Notes: generated by a model not told the origin, from the sequence alone. Shown: positions 16,938 through 24,624, counted from the first letter of the stretch. The stretch: DNA of 42,035 nucleotides from Pseudomonadota bacterium (GCA_043798385.1 JAZDOU010000334.1:1-42035), one strand, 5' to 3'. Numbers and translations: made by a program.

Positions 16938-18260
16938 ATGAAGTCCACACCGGCCTTTTTAAAAATTATCCTGGATAGTATCACCGAGGGGGTCTTTACA
17001 ATCAATAAAGATTGGATGATTACCTCCTTCAATCAAGCGGCCGAAAAAATAACCGGATTTCCAAGAGAAAAGGCTATCGGCAAAAAATGTTTTGAGGTCT
17101 TTCAGGCCGATATCTGTCAGGAGGCCTGTGCCCTGGCCCGGACCTTGAAAACTGGAAAAAATGTGGTGGATCTGCCGGTCAATATTTTAGATGCCCATGG
17201 AAAGGTTATTCCCATCGGCGTAACGACTGCCGTCCTGAAAGACAGCCAGGGCCGGATGATGGGCGGGGTCGAGACCTTTAGGGATTTGAGCACTATCGAG
17301 GCCCTGCGCAAAGAAATCACCCAAAAGTATACCTTAAACGACATTATCAGCAAGAGTGATATCCTACAGAAAATTTTTAATAATCTTCCTGACATCGCCC
17401 AAAGCGACAGCACTGTTCTGATTCAGGGTCCCAGCGGTTCCGGCAAGGAACTGCTCGCCAAAGCCATTCACGAACTGAGTCCGAGGAAGGGAAAACCCTT
17501 TGTGGCCATCAATTGCAGCGCTTTGCCGGAGACCCTGCTTGAATCTGAGCTTTTCGGCTATGTCCGCGGGGCTTTTACGGATGCCAAAAAGGATAAACCC
17601 GGAAAATTTTCCCAAGCCGATTCGGGAACGTTGTTTTTAGACGAAATCGGGGATCTGCCCCTGAAGGTACAAGCCAAGTTATTACGAGTCCTTCAGGAAA
17701 AGACCTATGAACCTCTGGGTTCTAATGTCAGTAAACCGGTCAAGGCCCGATTGATCTCGGCCACCAATAAAAATCTCAAAGGTCTGGTCAAGGGCGGCCT
17801 ATTCAGAGATGACCTGTATTACCGGCTGAAAGTGATCCAAATCGATCTACCGTCCTTAAGAGAACGCCGCGAAGACATCCCTTTGTTGATCGAACATTTT
17901 CTGAACAAATTCAACCTTAGGACAGGCAAAAAAATCAATCAGTTATCTCCGAAGGCCCTCCATATTTTAATGAATTATGAGTACCCGGGAAATATCCGGG
18001 AGTTGGAAAATATCATTGAGCACGCCTTTGTTCTCTGCCATGGTTCGACCATCCAACTGGCCCATCTGCCGCCAGAACTGCCCAAGGAAACCAGGGAGAT
18101 AGACGATCTCCAACCTCCTTTTGAAAATAAATTAAAAGACCGGGAACGGGAGCTCATTCAACAGACCCTGGAAAAATATCACGGCAACCGCACCCTGACC
18201 GCCAAGGAATTGGGGATCCATCCCACCACCCTGTGGCGAAAACTAAAACACCCCGCTTAA
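16938..18260 (+). CDS. Sigma-54-dependent Fis-family transcriptional activator with N-terminal PAS domain
   Basis: PAS domain (ITEGVFTINKDW), AAA+ Walker A GPSGSGKE, ESELFGY...GAFTDA loop, C-terminal Fis helix-turn-helix (LTAKELGIHPTTLWRKL). Confidence 0.9.
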   Translation: MKSTPAFLKIILDSITEGVFTINKDWMITSFNQAAEKITGFPREKAIGKKCFEVFQADICQEACALARTLKTGKNVVDLPVNILDAHGKVIPIGVTTAVLKDSQGRMMGGVETFRDLSTIEALRKEITQKYTLNDIISKSDILQKIFNNLPDIAQSDSTVLIQGPSGSGKELLAKAIHELSPRKGKPFVAINCSALPETLLESELFGYVRGAFTDAKKDKPGKFSQADSGTLFLDEIGDLPLKVQAKLLRVLQEKTYEPLGSNVSKPVKARLISATNKNLKGLVKGGLFRDDLYYRLKVIQIDLPSLRERREDIPLLIEHFLNKFNLRTGKKINQLSPKALHILMNYEYPGNIRELENIIEHAFVLCHGSTIQLAHLPPELPKETREIDDLQPPFENKLKDRERELIQQTLEKYHGNRTLTAKELGIHPTTLWRKLKHPA

Positions 18261-18272
18261 ATTCCCGCACGA

Positions 18273-18314
18273 TTGCAATTTGCAATATTGCAATGAAAAT
18301 ATTGCAAATTGCAA
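18273..18314. promoter_or_regulatory. Putative enhancer (UAS): 17-bp perfect inverted repeat built from TTGCAA hexamers
   Basis: TTGCAATTTGCAATATT 18273-18289 and AATATTGCAAATTGCAA 18298-18314. There are five TTGCAA hexamers in 42 bp, about 80-120 bp upstream of the -24/-12 element. Confidence 0.6.
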
Positions 18315-18392
18315 CTTCCGGCTTGCCCTCCCACTGAGGCTGTCATCTCAAAACATATTAATATTATTATTATTTCTGTCTAATTAGACTCT

Positions 18393-18407
18393 TGGCATCC
18401 TTTTTGA
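18393..18407 (+). promoter_or_regulatory. Candidate sigma-54 (-24/-12) promoter
   Basis: TGGCAT-CCTTT-TTGA has the correct GG to -12 spacing. The -12 element is GA rather than GC. It lies 26 nt upstream of the ATG at 18433. Confidence 0.5.
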
Positions 18408-18432
18408 TATTAAATGGGGGTGAGGGCTAAAA

Positions 18433-18792
18433 ATGACAAGAGTGGCTATACCGGTTTTTTTAGATCGCGTTTCTCCACGGCTGGACTGTGCCCGGAGGCT
18501 GTTGGTCCTGCAAATCGAAAACAACCGTCTGGTGGAAAAAAGGGAATTGGACATCAGCCCCTGGCCCCCGAATGAAAAAATAATTCATCTGAGGCAACTG
18601 GGAATAGACCAGTTGATTTGCGGCGGAATTCGCAATCAGGACAGGATGGGATTACATCACTGGGGAATAGATGTAGCTTTTTCCGTCTTTGGAGAAGTGG
18701 ATCGGATTATCGGAGACTATTTGCAGGGAAATTTAAAAGTTCCCTGCTGTCGGGGTAGAAAGGGAAGAAGGAGGCAGAGAAAATGTTTGTAG
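18433..18792 (+). CDS. NifX/NifB-C-terminal-like (dinitrogenase FeMo-cofactor biosynthesis family) domain protein with basic Cys-containing tail
   Basis: The VAIPVFLDRVSPRLDCA ... LICGGI pattern fits the family. C-terminal tail CCRGRKGRRRQRKC. Confidence 0.6.
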   Translation: MTRVAIPVFLDRVSPRLDCARRLLVLQIENNRLVEKRELDISPWPPNEKIIHLRQLGIDQLICGGIRNQDRMGLHHWGIDVAFSVFGEVDRIIGDYLQGNLKVPCCRGRKGRRRQRKCL

Positions 18793-18968
18793 TGACGGTG
18801 GACACTGAAAAATGCGTCGGTGATGGAAATTGCGTCGATGTCTGTCCGGTGGGAGTCTATGAGTTACAAGATAATAAGGCAGTGGTGGTCAATGGAGATG
18901 AATGTCTCGGTTGTGAGAGTTGTATCGAAGTCTGTGAAACCGGTGCTATTACCGTTATCGAAGGATGA
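18783..18968 (+). CDS. 2x[4Fe-4S] ferredoxin
   Basis: 61 aa. CVGDGNCVDVCP and CLGCESCIEVC motifs. GGAGG SD. Confidence 0.85.
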   Translation: MFVVTVDTEKCVGDGNCVDVCPVGVYELQDNKAVVVNGDECLGCESCIEVCETGAITVIEG

Positions 18969-19020
18969 GTTTGCGGTGTTTTATTTGCCGACTCATTAAC
19001 CAGGAAGGAGTAAAAAAAAC

Positions 19021-19383
19021 ATGAAACTGGCCATTAGTTCTAAAGGAAAAAGTCTGGATAGCGAAATCGATCCCCGTTTCGGCCGAGCAGCCTTTTTTAT
19101 CCTGATCGATCCGGAAACAATGAATTTTGAGATTATAGAAAATAAACAGAACCTGCAATTACCCCAAGGCGCCGGTATCCAGACCGCCCAAACGGTTGTC
19201 GAACGTGGAGCTACAATAGTTCTAACCGGCAACTGCGGCCCCAAAGCGTTTCAGGTCTTGCAGGCCACCGGAATTAAAGTGGCGGTGGGGATATCCGGAA
19301 CGATTAAAGATGCCGTCATCCAGTTTAAACAAGGCAAAATTAATTATGTTCAGGCACCTAATGTTGAAGGCCATTGGGCTTGA
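19021..19383 (+). CDS. NifX/NifB-like FeMo-cofactor-biosynthesis-family domain protein
   Basis: MKLAISSKG...DPRFGRAAFFILID...GAGIQTAQTVVERGATIVLTGNCGPKA is the classical pattern of this family. Confidence 0.85.
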   Translation: MKLAISSKGKSLDSEIDPRFGRAAFFILIDPETMNFEIIENKQNLQLPQGAGIQTAQTVVERGATIVLTGNCGPKAFQVLQATGIKVAVGISGTIKDAVIQFKQGKINYVQAPNVEGHWA

Positions 19384-19503
19384 AAAATTTCGGATTTCGG
19401 CCTCCGGCCCGGAGGGGCCCACGCCCCGGGGGGATTTCGGATTTCGGAATTAAGGACACGGTAAAGCTAAAATTTTAAAGTTCAAAAAAAAACAGGAGGA
19501 ATT

Positions 19504-19746
19504 ATGCCAAGAAGAGATGGTACCGGCCCGGCCGGAAAAGGTTCTGGTGGAGGTTTTGGATCAGGAAGAGGCCTGGGCGGAGGGGGAGGACTTGGATCAG
19601 GAAGAGGCCTGGGCGGAGGGGCCGGCATGGGAGCCGGCGGGAATTGTCTCTGCCCTAAATGCGGCAATAAAAGCTCCCATGGCCGGGGAGTACCCTGCAA
19701 CACCCTGAAGTGTTCCAAATGCGGCACGACCATGGTTAGGGAATAG
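19504..19746 (+). CDS. DUF5320-family protein with Gly-rich repeat and C-terminal CxxC...CxxC zinc-ribbon-like motif
   Basis: AGGAGG SD. MPRRDGTGPAGKG N-terminus typical of DUF5320. CPKCG...CSKCG. Confidence 0.75.
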   Translation: MPRRDGTGPAGKGSGGGFGSGRGLGGGGGLGSGRGLGGGAGMGAGGNCLCPKCGNKSSHGRGVPCNTLKCSKCGTTMVRE

Positions 19747-19756
19747 AGATTAAATA

Positions 19757-19909
19757 GTTTCCATCCGGAAATTCAAATTTCCGGATGGAAATACCTGGAT
19801 TCTGACTCGAAGCTCTGGCCAGAAACCCCTTTTTCAAAGGGTTTCTGGCCATGGAGACAAATCGACCACGGTATGTTCTCATCCGGAAAGATCATTTCCG
19901 GATGAGAAC
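19757..19909 (-). repeat. Mosaic hairpin array (right copy, inverted relative to 16483-16680)
   Basis: Hairpins at 19758-19791, 19817-19850 and 19875-19909 correspond to hairpins 5, 2 and 1 of the left array. Confidence 0.85.
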
Positions 19910-20107
19910 TAAATAGAAAGGAATATCTTCCCGGCAAAAACCGGATGAGCCCCGCCCATTGGGGGGCCACCTCTCACTCCGCCATGGGTGGGGCTCAAAC
20001 TCCTTGCTCTCTGTGAACTCTGTGAGAGATAAAAGGGTTTTTGAGAAAAATGGTTTTTTTAAAGATAAATTTGAAAAAATAAAAAATTCTTGAAAGGAGG
20101 TTCAGTT

Positions 20108-21358
20108 ATGAACAGCAGTTGTGCACACGATTCCAATGCGGGGAAGGAACCCCAACGGGCGGAGGAGGATGCCGCCATCAATAGATCATTATCCCGTATA
20201 AAAAATAAATTATTGGTTATGAGCGGAAAGGGAGGGGTCGGGAAAAGCAGTCTGGCCGTAAACCTAGCCGCCGGATTATCATTAAAAGGCTACAAAGTTG
20301 GCCTTATGGATGTCGATCTCCACGGACCGAGCATCCCCCGCATGCTTGGTATCCACAACCAGACACCCCTTCAACACAAGGATGGGATTTACCCCATTCC
20401 CGTCAATGACCTCTTAAAGGTGATTTCTATTGAAGTGCTGATGCCTGACAAGGATTCACCGACTATCTGGCGCGGTCCTTTGAAGATCGGGGTCATTCGG
20501 CAATTTATAGCCGATGTGATCTGGGGAGACCTGGATTTCCTGATTATTGATTCCCCCCCGGGGACCGGAGATGAACCCCTGACCGTGGCCCAGACCATTC
20601 CCGGTGCCCAAGCGGTCATCGTCACCACACCTCAGGAAATCTCCTTGTCCGACGTGCGGAAGTCTATCAATTTTTGTCGACAGGTCGACATGCCCATTAT
20701 GGGATTGGTGGAAAACATGAGCGGCTACATCTGCCCCCATTGCGGTCAGGAATCGGCCATCTTTAAAAAAGACGGAGGAAAACGAACCGCCGTCTCCATG
20801 AAGGTCCCTTTCCTGGGAAGTATTCCTTTTGACATTCAACTCATGGAAAAAGGGGATGAAGGACAGGCCTATCTATTTAATAACCCGGCACCGGCGGTTA
20901 AAGAGGCCCTGGATGGGATTATTGAAAAAATAATAACCACCGCCGATCAAAATAAAAAAGAAATTATAAAACCGATAACGGAGGTCTTACCCATAATGAA
21001 CGCAATCAATGTAACGTCTGATAGTTTAAAGATCGCCATCCCCATGGCCGAGGGGATGCTTTGCAATCACTTCGGTCATTGCGAGCAATTCGCCTTGATT
21101 GACTTACAGGGAAAAAACATTATCCAAAAAGTGATGGTCACTCCACCTCCCCATGAACCCGGTCTCCTGCCCCGCTGGCTGGGTGAAAAAGGAGTCAATC
21201 TCATCATTGCCGGCGGCATGGGCCAAAGGGCTGTCAGCCTTTTTAATGAACGGGGGATCAAGGTCTTGACCGGGGCACCGCAACTGGCTCCGGAAGCATT
21301 GATCGCCCAGTATGTCAATCAAACCCTGATTACCGGAGACAATGTCTGTGATCATTAG
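20108..21358 (+). CDS. Mrp/NBP35 (ApbC-like) P-loop ATPase fused to a C-terminal NifX-like domain
   Basis: ORF trimmed to the ATG after AAAGGAGG. VMSGKGGVGKSS deviant Walker A, CPHCG motif. The C-terminal ~110 aa (IAIPMAEGMLCNHFGHCEQFALID...IIAGGMG) form a NifX/NifB-like domain. Confidence 0.85.
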   Translation: MNSSCAHDSNAGKEPQRAEEDAAINRSLSRIKNKLLVMSGKGGVGKSSLAVNLAAGLSLKGYKVGLMDVDLHGPSIPRMLGIHNQTPLQHKDGIYPIPVNDLLKVISIEVLMPDKDSPTIWRGPLKIGVIRQFIADVIWGDLDFLIIDSPPGTGDEPLTVAQTIPGAQAVIVTTPQEISLSDVRKSINFCRQVDMPIMGLVENMSGYICPHCGQESAIFKKDGGKRTAVSMKVPFLGSIPFDIQLMEKGDEGQAYLFNNPAPAVKEALDGIIEKIITTADQNKKEIIKPITEVLPIMNAINVTSDSLKIAIPMAEGMLCNHFGHCEQFALIDLQGKNIIQKVMVTPPPHEPGLLPRWLGEKGVNLIIAGGMGQRAVSLFNERGIKVLTGAPQLAPEALIAQYVNQTLITGDNVCDH

Positions 21359-22196
21359 TATTGCCAGCGGCAAAGGGGGAACCGGCAAGACCAGTGTGGC
21401 CGTAGCCTTGGCGCTATCTTTGAAAGAACCGGTGCAGCTCCTGGACTGTGATGTGGAAGCCCCTAATGGCCACATTTTTATGAATCCCCGCTGGGATAAT
21501 AAAGAGACCATTTATGCTCAAATCCCGGTGGTCGATGAAACCAAATGCACCTATTGCCGGGCCTGTTCCCAGTTGTGCCGGTTCAAGGCCATTTTGGTGC
21601 TCGGAGAAACGATCCTGACTTTTTCGGAAATGTGCCATGCCTGCGGGGGGTGCTTCCTGGTCTGCGAACCCAAGGCCCTGAACCCGGGGAAAAAAGAATT
21701 GGGAGAGATAGAAGAGGGTTGGTCCGGGGCCATTCGTTTTGTTCATGGCCGCTTGCGGGTTGGGGAGCCCATGTCCCCCCCCTTGATCCGGGAGGTCAAA
21801 AAGCGGATAAAGAATGATGCCCTGGCTATCCTGGATGCCCCACCGGGCACCTCCTGCCCGGTCATTCAGACCGTCAAAGGATCGGATTATACCATCCTGG
21901 TGACCGAACCGACCCCCTTCGGACTTTATGATTTGAAACTGGCCGTAGCGGCTTTGGGATCCTTGAATATTCCCTGCGGAGTGATCCTGAACCGAGCCGA
22001 CATTGGAAATAATGAAACCAAGGGCTATCTGCGATCCGAAGGGATCCCTTTACTAATGGAGATACCTTTTGAGCGCAGGATTGCCGAAGGGTATGCGAAA
22101 GGACAGTCACTGGTTGAAATACGGCCGGAATTGAAGGAAGAATTTCAAAAACTGCTTCTGGATATTAAGAAGCAAACAGAAAAAATCCGGGCATGA
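21342..22196 (+). CDS. MinD/ParA-type P-loop ATPase with inserted double 4Fe-4S ferredoxin motif
   Basis: ASGKGGTGKTS Walker A, CTYCRACSQLC and CHACGGCFLVC inserts. Confidence 0.85.
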   Translation: MSVIISIASGKGGTGKTSVAVALALSLKEPVQLLDCDVEAPNGHIFMNPRWDNKETIYAQIPVVDETKCTYCRACSQLCRFKAILVLGETILTFSEMCHACGGCFLVCEPKALNPGKKELGEIEEGWSGAIRFVHGRLRVGEPMSPPLIREVKKRIKNDALAILDAPPGTSCPVIQTVKGSDYTILVTEPTPFGLYDLKLAVAALGSLNIPCGVILNRADIGNNETKGYLRSEGIPLLMEIPFERRIAEGYAKGQSLVEIRPELKEEFQKLLLDIKKQTEKIRA

Positions 22197-22238
22197 CCTG
22201 AAACGAAGGCGGCTGATCCTTTTTAGAAAGAAGGGGCT

Positions 22239-22505
22239 ATGAAAAACCCGGTAAAAATTATGCACATTGACGCTGATTATCAGGTTCATTATATCATTGT
22301 TCAGAATGGATCATTAATCCATTCAACGATACCCTTACAGACAGCGGTCAAATTCCTTAAGACCATGGAGTTTGATTTAATTATATCCGAACCCCAAAAT
22401 AAAGCCTTAATGAAAAAAAATGAAAAAAATAGTACTCACCAAAAAACGCTTCCCAAACCTATCGTCTCATGTGAGAGCAATCCAGCTCCCATTCATCCGG
22501 AATAG
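22239..22505 (+). CDS. Small half-receiver-like protein (paralog of 5364..5567)
   Basis: 88 aa with an SD-like GAAGGGG. Conserved block ...AVKFLKTMEFDLIISEPQN shared with the 5364 ORF. Confidence 0.5.
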   Translation: MKNPVKIMHIDADYQVHYIIVQNGSLIHSTIPLQTAVKFLKTMEFDLIISEPQNKALMKKNEKNSTHQKTLPKPIVSCESNPAPIHPE

Positions 22506-22523
22506 GGTTTATGGGGTACGTTT

Positions 22524-23399
22524 ATGAATAAAAGAAAAGAATTATGCGTCTTAAGCGGGAAAGGCGGCACCGGCAAAACCAGCCTGGTGGGTGCCTTGGC
22601 CGCTTTAGTCCCGAATAAAATTCTGGTCGACTGTGATGTGGACGCTCCCGATCTGCACTTGCTGCTGGCGCCTGAGGTTAAAAGCCAGGAGGCCTTCATG
22701 GGAGGGCGCAAGGCGAAGATTATCCGGGAGTTATGCACGGATTGCGGACGATGCCGGGAAGTATGCCGTTTTGAAGCCATCAGCGAAGACTTTCAGGTGG
22801 ATCCGATCTCCTGTGAAGGCTGTGGCGTCTGTGTCCATTTCTGCTCCTTCGGGGCCATTGAATTTCCTTTAGCCCTATGCGGAGAATGGTTTATTTCCGA
22901 AACACGCTTTGGGCCGATGGTCCATGCCCAGTTGGGGGCAGGACAGGAGAATTCAGGCCTGCTGGTAGCCCTCATACGCGGCAAAGCACAGGATCTGGCT
23001 GAAGAGAAAGGTCTGTCTCTGATCTTAGTTGACGGCCCCCCGGGCATCGGCTGTCCGGTGATCTCTTCCCTGACCGGTGCTACCGGGGTTTTGATCGTCA
23101 CCGAGCCGACCCTTTCCGGTCTGCATGATTTGAATCGGGTCCTTGAGTTAGCCGGTCACTTCCAGATCCCGGGGATGGTTCTGATCAACAAATATGACCT
23201 GAACCAGGAAATGACCGACCGAATTGAAACCTATTGCCGGGAGAAAGGACTCGGATTGGCCGGGCGTCTCCCTTATGACCCGGTAGTCACTGAGGCCATG
23301 ATCCAGGGAAAAACACTCCCGGAATTGAGCCGTAACGGCCTGGGAAAAGAGATTAAAACAATCTGGGGAAGAATTCAGGAACACTTGCTTAAGGATTAG
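22524..23399 (+). CDS. MinD/ParA-type P-loop ATPase with inserted double 4Fe-4S ferredoxin motif (second copy)
   Basis: LSGKGGTGKTS Walker A, CTDCGRCREVC and CEGCGVCVHFC inserts. Confidence 0.85.
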   Translation: MNKRKELCVLSGKGGTGKTSLVGALAALVPNKILVDCDVDAPDLHLLLAPEVKSQEAFMGGRKAKIIRELCTDCGRCREVCRFEAISEDFQVDPISCEGCGVCVHFCSFGAIEFPLALCGEWFISETRFGPMVHAQLGAGQENSGLLVALIRGKAQDLAEEKGLSLILVDGPPGIGCPVISSLTGATGVLIVTEPTLSGLHDLNRVLELAGHFQIPGMVLINKYDLNQEMTDRIETYCREKGLGLAGRLPYDPVVTEAMIQGKTLPELSRNGLGKEIKTIWGRIQEHLLKD

Positions 23400-23417
23400 G
23401 GAGTTGATTAAAGAACA

Positions 23418-23882
23418 ATGTCATCAGATAGGGCCCATTTTTACACCATGCCGCTTTCTAAAGATAAAGACGAACCAGGTTCCATTCCCGGTCAGGCCGT
23501 TCAGCCCTGGCTGGGCCCTTATAACGAAGGAATCATCGACCAACCGGACGGGCTGGCCTACGTGACCGGACCTTGCGGCGACTCTATGGAGATCTCATTA
23601 AGAATCCGGGAGAATCGGATCACGGACAGCCGTTTCCGGGTCAAAGGATGTGTCGTCAGCCGGGCCTGCGCCTCGGCAGCCGCGGCCCTGGCCAAAGGGA
23701 AAGAGTTGGAAGAAGCCTGGGATATTGATGAAAAAGAGATTGCCAAAAGCCTGCCGGGGCTTCCGGTGGATCACCGGCATTGCGCCCTGCTGGCCCGGGA
23801 CACACTACGTCAGGCTATTGGAAGATATATTAAGCCGTCATGCCACGATAGCGGCGTGACACTACCAAATCATGAAAAGTAG
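23418..23882 (+). CDS. IscU/NifU-N-terminal-like Fe-S scaffold protein
   Basis: GPCGDSMEISL, KGCVVSRACASA and DHRHCALLARDTL give the three-Cys U-type scaffold pattern. The last ~16 codons derive from a repeat unit that recurs 83 bp downstream. Confidence 0.75.
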   Translation: MSSDRAHFYTMPLSKDKDEPGSIPGQAVQPWLGPYNEGIIDQPDGLAYVTGPCGDSMEISLRIRENRITDSRFRVKGCVVSRACASAAAALAKGKELEEAWDIDEKEIAKSLPGLPVDHRHCALLARDTLRQAIGRYIKPSCHDSGVTLPNHEK

Positions 23883-24232
23883 GCTCATTAGACTTTGAAC
23901 TCTATTTTCGAACTAAGCCGTCATGCCACGATAGTGGCGTGACACCACCAGCCGGTCGGGCCGCTCGACGCGGCTCCCGAATGGGAGCCTTTCTATAAGG
24001 TCGGCAAAGCCGACCGTCTGTCGAGCTTTCGAAGAGGCTCCCATCCGGGAGCCGATCTGCCGACCCTAAAAGGAGGCTTCCCTTCGGAAGCCGGGACATG
24101 AAAATAAGGCCGGTAGAAGATTGAACCTCGAACCTTATTTTCGAACTAGTCGGAAGGGAAAAGGGAGTTGGACTAATTTAGAAGCCGGGTTCCCTTTGGG
24201 GAACCAACTCCGGCTAAGAAGGAGGAAGGCAT
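23883..24232. repeat. REP/BIME-like mosaic of short GC-rich hairpins and direct repeats
   Basis: Hairpins include GGCTCCCgaatGGGAGCC, GGTCGGCaaaGCCGACC, GGCTCCCatccGGGAGCC, GGCTTCCcttcGGAAGCC and GGTTCCCtttgGGGAACC. The region is bounded by TATTTTCGAACTA at 23903 and 24136. Confidence 0.8.
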
Positions 24233-24568
24233 ATGCCAGGTTTTGATCGCACGGGTCCCATGGGAATGGGATCAAGGACAGGAGGAGGCCGAGGATTTTG
24301 TGGAACCGGCGCTCTCCGAAACCCAGCCGGTTCGGGCTGGTTCGGCAGAGGCCGTGGTATGGGCCGAGGCCTCATGGGGTTGGGTTTAGGTTTAGGGGGT
24401 TATTTTTTTAGGCCCTGGGCCGCCAGACGGGGATTCTTTCCGTCCTATAACCCAACCAGCGAAGAAGAGGCCTCTCAGCTTAAGGATGAAGCCTCTTCCC
24501 TGAGGGACATCCTCAGCTCTATTGAACAACGGCTGGGGGAATTAGAAAAACAAAAACCTAAAGAGTGA
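24233..24568 (+). CDS. DUF5320-family protein with C-terminal coiled coil
   Basis: AAGGAGG SD. MPGFDRTGPMGMGSRTGGGRGFC N-terminus. C-terminal SEEEASQLKDEASSLRDILSSIEQRLGELE. Confidence 0.8.
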   Translation: MPGFDRTGPMGMGSRTGGGRGFCGTGALRNPAGSGWFGRGRGMGRGLMGLGLGLGGYFFRPWAARRGFFPSYNPTSEEEASQLKDEASSLRDILSSIEQRLGELEKQKPKE

Positions 24569-24586
24569 CTATTCACCACCCCTGAA

Positions 24587-24613
24587 GAACCTCGTGCTTT
24601 TTCGGCGAGGTTC
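24587..24613 (+). terminator. Probable intrinsic terminator
   Basis: GAACCTCG / CGAGGTTC 8-bp stem followed by TTATTATTT. Confidence 0.5.
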
Positions 24614-24624
24614 TTATTATTTAA

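Noticed and set aside
19454-19467. GG-N10-GC spacing (GGACACGGTAAAGC) upstream of the DUF5320 gene, as a second sigma-54 promoter.
   Set aside because: Only the GG and GC dinucleotides match. The rest of the -24/-12 consensus is absent and no UAS-like palindrome lies nearby.
16483-24232. Regularly recurring hairpins considered as a possible CRISPR array.
   Set aside because: The units differ in sequence and length, have no constant repeat-spacer periodicity, occur in both orientations, and no cas genes are present.
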